Positions 59,238-64,000 of a stretch of 64,000 bases of DNA are shown piece after piece. The translations under genes were made by a program, and so were the position numbers. The stretch is taken from the NCBI GenBank assembly GCA_963770565.1, contig CAVYQE010000001.1, forward strand, positions 960,001-1,024,000. Direction: 5' to 3'. The number at the start of each line of letters is the position of its first letter. Position 1 is the first letter of the stretch. The DNA is from an uncultured Actinomycetota bacterium. GTDB lineage: Bacteria; Actinomycetota; Actinomycetes; JAFAQI01. The notes under the pieces are model-generated. The model was not told the origin of the DNA and did not search any database. It was given only the letters and a program-made list of their open reading frames with translations.

Positions 59238-59804
59238 ATGAAGCGTCGGACATTCGATGCGCTCTTGGCGTCCGTCGGTGTGGCCATTGCGGTCGTCCTG
59301 CTGGTCGCCGGCGGCCTGCTGACCTGGGCCCACTCGTTCATCTCGGGACAGGTGCACGACCAGCTTGCCGCGCAGAAGATCTTCTTCCCGCCGGCGACGG
59401 CGTTTGACCACGCGAAGGTCGGCACCGAGATCACGCCGGACATGAAGCAGTACCTGGGCAAGTACGCCGGCAAGCAGATGACGACCGGCAACGAGGCCGG
59501 CGCCTACGCGAACCACTTCATCGCGGTTCACCTCCAGGAGATCGGCGGCGGCCAGACTTACGCTCAGCTGTCCGCCAAGTCCCTTGCCGACCCGACCAAC
59601 ACCGCGCTCGCCGGCCAGGTCGAGACCGTCTTCAAGGGGGAGACGCTGCGCGGCCTGCTGCTCAACGCCTACGCGTTCGGCAAGATGGCCACGATTGCCG
59701 GCATCGCCGCAATCGTCGCGTATATCGGTGGCGCCGTGATGTTGCTCCTCGCGGCACTCGGGTTCGTGCACCTGCGCCGGACCCCTGCCGACAAGCAGAT
59801 CTGA
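59238..59804 (+). CDS. Two-TM hypothetical protein
   Basis: GAAGGAG RBS; N- and C-terminal TM; QLAAQKIFFP...AYANHFIAVHL...FKGETLRGLLL. Confidence 0.8.
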   Translation: MKRRTFDALLASVGVAIAVVLLVAGGLLTWAHSFISGQVHDQLAAQKIFFPPATAFDHAKVGTEITPDMKQYLGKYAGKQMTTGNEAGAYANHFIAVHLQEIGGGQTYAQLSAKSLADPTNTALAGQVETVFKGETLRGLLLNAYAFGKMATIAGIAAIVAYIGGAVMLLLAALGFVHLRRTPADKQI

Positions 59805-59811
59805 CTCAGCT

Positions 59812-59847
59812 CGGACGGCTCCGCAGGCACCTCTGCGGGGCCGTCCG
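59812..59847 (+). terminator. Hairpin terminator
   Basis: CGGACGGCTCCGCAG-N6-CTGCGGGGCCGTCCG. Confidence 0.65.
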
Positions 59848-59876
59848 CATGAGTCAGGGTCTTTGTTCGCTTGCCA

Positions 59877-59894
59877 TCGGGCCGTTTGACCCTA
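59877..59894. promoter_or_regulatory. DosR-box-like site
   Basis: TCGGGCCGTTTGACCCTA upstream of the usp gene. Confidence 0.7.
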
Positions 59895-59943
59895 GGGTCG
59901 GGGTTGCTCGCGGGCAAGGCTTGACTCAACCGAGGAGGTTGAA

Positions 59944-60363
59944 ATGACGAACGAGCAGACGCAGACCGTCGTGGTCGGCGTCGACGATTCACCGCACTCC
60001 ACCGCCGCCCTGCACTGGGCGGACAACTACGCCGAGACCACCGGGGCTTCGCTGCGGGTAGTCGTGGCGTGGGAGTGGGCGATCGCCTACGGCCGTCCGA
60101 TGGCTTTCGAGGGATACAACCCCGACCTCGACGCCGGTGCGATCGCCGAAAAGGCGGTCGCCGAGCTGAAGACACCGCGCGACCGCATCACGATCGTCGT
60201 ACCGGAGAGCCCGCCAGGCGAGGCGCTGGTCAAGGCCAGCGATGATGCCGACCTGCTCGTGGTCGGTCGTCACGGTCACCGGACTGCGACCAGCCTGCTA
60301 GTCGGTTCGGTGAGCAACTACTGCCTGCACCACGCGAAGGTGCCGGTCGTCGTCGTTCACTGA
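59944..60363 (+). CDS. Universal stress protein (single domain)
   Basis: VVVGVDDS...GRHGH...VGSVS...HHAKVPVVVV. Confidence 0.93.
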   Translation: MTNEQTQTVVVGVDDSPHSTAALHWADNYAETTGASLRVVVAWEWAIAYGRPMAFEGYNPDLDAGAIAEKAVAELKTPRDRITIVVPESPPGEALVKASDDADLLVVGRHGHRTATSLLVGSVSNYCLHHAKVPVVVVH

Positions 60364-60364
60364 A

Positions 60365-60420
60365 CGCCCCGCGGGGTCGGCCTGCGACCGGATAAGGGAG
60401 AAGGCCGGCCCCGCGGAGCG
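60365..60420. terminator. Hairpin between convergent genes
   Basis: CGCCCCGCGGGGTCGGCCT ... AGGCCGGCCCCGCGGAGCG. Confidence 0.6.
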
Positions 60421-60431
60421 GGTCTGTGCGG

Positions 60432-62261
60432 TTAGCCGACGCCGACGGTCCGAAGATCGACGATGCCGAAGTTGGGCTCGATGTAGACGTTCTTCAACCG
60501 GCTGCTGAAGATGTCGAGCGCCTTGTCGTAGGTGAACGGTGCGTCACACGCGTCCTTGAGGACCGTCTGGTCGACCTGCTGCCAGTACGGGTACTCGGCG
60601 GCCGGCGTGGTCTGCTGCACTGCCTTGTTGATCAGTGCGGTGATCTTCGGGTCCTTGCAGGCGCCGTAGTTGGCGTTGCCCTGCGGCAGGATCTTGCGCG
60701 GGTCGACGATGTTCTCGTAGTACCCGTAGGGTGCCGGCCAGTCCGGGCCCCAGCCTGCGAACGCCAGGCCGTAACCGTCCTTCTTGATGTTCGCCGGAAC
60801 GCCGACCACCGACGAGTAGTACGTCGCTGGGTCGAAGGTCTTGATGGTCGCGGTAATCCCGACCGCCTTCAGATCGTTCTGCAGGAACTGCGCCTGCTGC
60901 GGACCCTTGCCCTGGTTGGTGACGACGATCGTGGTGTGGAAGCCGTTCGGCTTCCCGCAGAGCGAGAGCTGCTGCTTGGCCTTCGCCACGTCGGCGGAGC
61001 CCGCCGGAGTCGTGGGATACAGGTCGTAGTCCTTGAAGCCGGCCAATGTGGGCGGTCCGAGGGTGGTGGCGATCGCGCCACCGTAGACGCCACCACGCGC
61101 GTCCTGCTGCTCGGTCTTGCTCATCGCCCATTCGATCGCCTGCCGGCAGTGAACGTTGTTGAACGGCGGGCTCTCGGAAAGGATCGCGACATAGCGGGTG
61201 AAACCGTCGATCGGGTCCAGACTGCGGGCCTTCAATGACGGCGTTGACAGGATCTTGGCCTGGCTGGCCGGCTGCACCCCGGTGCCACCGATGTCGAGGT
61301 CCTGCGTATTAGCGATGATCGTGCTGTCCAGAGTGGGCTGGTCGAAGCTGGTGGTGATGTTCACCTTGTCGGGCAGTGCAGTCCGGGTCGAGTCGGTGGC
61401 CTTGTTCCACTGGGGGTTGCGGACCAGGTCGATGTGCTTGTTCGGCACGTACGACGCGACCTTGTAGGGGCCGGTCGCCTGGACGTTGTTGTTGTAGTTC
61501 GCACCACCGGTCTTCGGGTTCTGGTCGACGCTGACCTCGACCGGAGAGGTGCCGAACAACGTCATGACGTAGTTCCACTCCGCGAACGGCTGGTTCAGGT
61601 TGAACACGATCTTGGTTGCACTAGGCGTCTGAATCGTGGACAAGCCGTAGACCGCGGCCTTGTTCGTGTACGGGCCGCTGTATTTCGAGCAGGCACCCGA
61701 CGCATTGAGGCCGCCCGGGCACAGGAACGTGGCGAAGTAGGTCGGACCACCGTTGATCACGCTGGTCGCGAACGTCCGCTCGATCGCGTACTTGATGGAC
61801 TTCGACGTCACCGGGGTGCCGTCCTGGAACTTGATCCCCGGCCTCAGGGTGTAGGACCAGGTCTTGTCACCGTTGGTCGGCGTCGCCGGGGCGGTCGCAA
61901 TGTCACCGGTCGGCTGAAGCGCCTTCGCGCCGACCCCGTCGGGATAGGTCAGCAGGGTCCGGTTGATGAGCTGGTGAATGTCCCAGCTGAACGCGTAGTA
62001 GGTCCGCGCCGGGTCCATGTAGTCGACGTCGCCGGCCACGCCGACGTTGAGGGTGCCGCCCTTGACGGTGGAGGGGTTGAGCGGCACCTTGGCCGCGAAG
62101 CCGCCGCCTGTGCCGAGTACGTTGCCCTGGATCTGGGCGGGCTTCGAGCCGCCGCTCGGTGGCGGCGAGCTGCCGGAACCGCTGCTGCCGCAGGCCGCCA
62201 GACCCAGCGTCATCGCGATGACGGTGGCGGCAAACCCGGTAGTCGTTCTGGTTCGTAGCAT
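60432..62261 (-). CDS. Peptide ABC transporter substrate-binding lipoprotein (family 5)
   Basis: Lipobox LAAC; GGTL, MDPARTY, LRPGIKFQDG, ATGPY, WGPDWP. Confidence 0.92.
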   Translation of the reverse strand: MLRTRTTTGFAATVIAMTLGLAACGSSGSGSSPPPSGGSKPAQIQGNVLGTGGGFAAKVPLNPSTVKGGTLNVGVAGDVDYMDPARTYYAFSWDIHQLINRTLLTYPDGVGAKALQPTGDIATAPATPTNGDKTWSYTLRPGIKFQDGTPVTSKSIKYAIERTFATSVINGGPTYFATFLCPGGLNASGACSKYSGPYTNKAAVYGLSTIQTPSATKIVFNLNQPFAEWNYVMTLFGTSPVEVSVDQNPKTGGANYNNNVQATGPYKVASYVPNKHIDLVRNPQWNKATDSTRTALPDKVNITTSFDQPTLDSTIIANTQDLDIGGTGVQPASQAKILSTPSLKARSLDPIDGFTRYVAILSESPPFNNVHCRQAIEWAMSKTEQQDARGGVYGGAIATTLGPPTLAGFKDYDLYPTTPAGSADVAKAKQQLSLCGKPNGFHTTIVVTNQGKGPQQAQFLQNDLKAVGITATIKTFDPATYYSSVVGVPANIKKDGYGLAFAGWGPDWPAPYGYYENIVDPRKILPQGNANYGACKDPKITALINKAVQQTTPAAEYPYWQQVDQTVLKDACDAPFTYDKALDIFSSRLKNVYIEPNFGIVDLRTVGVG

Positions 62262-62688
62262 GACTGTCCCTTCACGACATTCACCTGCATCGAGTCGGCA
62301 TCGTCGGCCAACCGAGGACGCAACATAAGGCCGCGAGGGCTGCGATTGCGGGTGGTGGCGCAACCGCCGTCGAACCGAGACGCGACGGTGACGTTGTTCA
62401 TTTTTCGGTGTCGGAACCGGCACGAAAACGAGACGTGGCGGTGATCTTCCGGGCCGATCGACCTCCGCGATGCCCTCGAACCGACGGTCCGGACGATCTG
62501 CGTCGAGTGGGCGTGATGTCGGGAGCGGGAGGCGATTTGGTCACGGCGATGTCACAGGTTCGAATCGGTCCGCCAACAAGTGATCATCACTGAGCGTCAG
62601 CCGCACCGCCGGCACCCTACAGGCCGTTGACTGACGCGACGACGACTTGTCAGTCTTCGCTCGCCACGACACGACGGAGGGACGATTC

Positions 62689-63045
62689 GTGGACGATGTC
62701 GCCACCCTAACCGAGCTCAACCGACAGGTTGTCGAGGCCTTTCAGCGTGGATCAGCGGAGGAACTGCGAGAACTGTTCTCACCGTCGTTCACTTATCTCG
62801 ACGGTGCGACCGGTGAGGTGTGGTGCGCCAACCAATTCCTGCAGGACGTCGTCGACCATCCGTCGCCCACGGTCCGGTTCGACCAACTCGTCATCCATGT
62901 CGACGGCAACACCGCGGCAGTGTCCGCGCGCTCGCTTCGACTCCCCAACTCGAGCCGCCGCTACCTCGACACCTACGAGCGCCGCAACGGCGGGTGGGAG
63001 TGCGTCCACTCCTGCGCCTGGCCGCTGGAGACACGCCTGCCCTGA
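62689..63045 (+). CDS. NTF2-like (DUF4440/SnoaL) protein
   Basis: LTELN...GNTAAVSAR...RYLDTYERRNGGWECVH. Confidence 0.75.
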   Translation: MDDVATLTELNRQVVEAFQRGSAEELRELFSPSFTYLDGATGEVWCANQFLQDVVDHPSPTVRFDQLVIHVDGNTAAVSARSLRLPNSSRRYLDTYERRNGGWECVHSCAWPLETRLP

Positions 63046-63060
63046 CCGGAAGGGTCACCT

Positions 63061-64000
63061 GTGATTCGCTTCCTTGTCCGCCGCACCGTCGGCGCCGCCG
63101 TCGTGCTGGTCGTGATCTCCATCATCACCTTCTGGCTGTTCTACGCGCTGCCGAAGATGCTCAACGCGAACCCGGCCGCGCTGTACGCCGGTCGCAGCCC
63201 TAGTCCGGCGACGATCGCCGCGGTGTCGCAGAAGCTCGGCTTGGACAAGCCGTTCTGGACGCAGTACTGGGACTTCCTCAAGGGCATCTTCGTCGGCCGG
63301 ACCTACGGCACTGGGGTCGCGGCCAACGTCTGTCATCGCCCGTGTCTGGGGTTCTCGTTCATCAACAACGAGCCGGTCTGGTCGGAGATCATCTCCGACC
63401 TGCCGGTGGACATCTCGCTCGCGCTCGGCGCGTCGATCATCTGGCTGATCAGCGGGGTCGCCACCGGCGTGGTGTCGGCGCTTCGGAAGGCCAGCATCTT
63501 CGACCGGTCCGCGATGACGGTCGCGCTCGCCGGCGTCTCGCTGCCGATCTACTTCACCGGCCTGCTGTCGCTGGCCATCTTCAGCTATGGCCCGTCCTGG
63601 CTACGGATCCTTCCCAACGTGCACTTCGTGGGGATTACCGAGAACCCGCTGTCCTGGGCCCGCAACCTGATTCTGCCGTGGGTCTGCCTGGCCTTCACCT
63701 ATGCCGCGCTGTATGCCCGGCTGACCCGCGGCACGATGCTCGAAACCATGTCGGAGGACTACATCCGCACGGCCCGGGCAAAGGGCCTCTCCGAGCACGG
63801 TGTCATCGTCCGGCACGGCCTGCGCGCGGCAATCACGCCGATCGTCACGATCTTCGGGCTGGATCTCGGGCTGCTGCTCGGCGGCTCCGTCCTGGTCGAG
63901 CAGGTCTTCGGCTTCGTCGGCATCGGCAAGCTGGCGATCATCTCGATCGGAAGCCGTGACCTGCCCGTCGTCCTGGGCGTGACGCTCTTCGCCGCCTTCT
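63061..64000 (+). CDS. Peptide ABC transporter permease (DppB/OppB-like), 3' partial
   Basis: MIRFLVRR...LGLDKP...EDYIRTARAKGL (EAA motif); runs off the window. Confidence 0.9.
   Translation, partial: MIRFLVRRTVGAAVVLVVISIITFWLFYALPKMLNANPAALYAGRSPSPATIAAVSQKLGLDKPFWTQYWDFLKGIFVGRTYGTGVAANVCHRPCLGFSFINNEPVWSEIISDLPVDISLALGASIIWLISGVATGVVSALRKASIFDRSAMTVALAGVSLPIYFTGLLSLAIFSYGPSWLRILPNVHFVGITENPLSWARNLILPWVCLAFTYAALYARLTRGTMLETMSEDYIRTARAKGLSEHGVIVRHGLRAAITPIVTIFGLDLGLLLGGSVLVEQVFGFVGIGKLAIISIGSRDLPVVLGVTLFAAF

Overview
High-GC actinobacterial chromosome segment with three parts. (1) The end of a permease gene, then ssrA (tmRNA, tag ADNNRLALAA). (2) A ~14.6 kb integrative mobilizable element inserted in the ssrA 3' end, bounded by a 37-bp direct repeat (1040-1076 and 15634-15670). 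It carries a tyrosine integrase, xis, an XRE regulator, two toxin-antitoxin pairs, a MobF relaxase, a SMI1/KNR4 protein, an ECF sigma/anti-sigma pair and two adjacent IS110-family elements whose non-coding ends contain guide-like matches to their own target or donor junctions. Many island genes are frameshifted. (3) A ~45 kb hypoxia/dormancy cluster (15.7-60.4 kb) with one DosS-like kinase, two DosR-like regulators and at least 11 DosR-box-like palindromes. It also holds 7 Usp genes, 2 Acg nitroreductases, 2 CBS proteins, cydABDC, an arginine deiminase pathway with DDAH, a PAS hybrid kinase/REC-EAL module, two ATPase-less DosS-like DHp proteins and a GNAT-acyl-CoA synthetase fusion. A peptide ABC transporter locus ends the window. 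All calls come from reading motifs by eye; no database searches were run.
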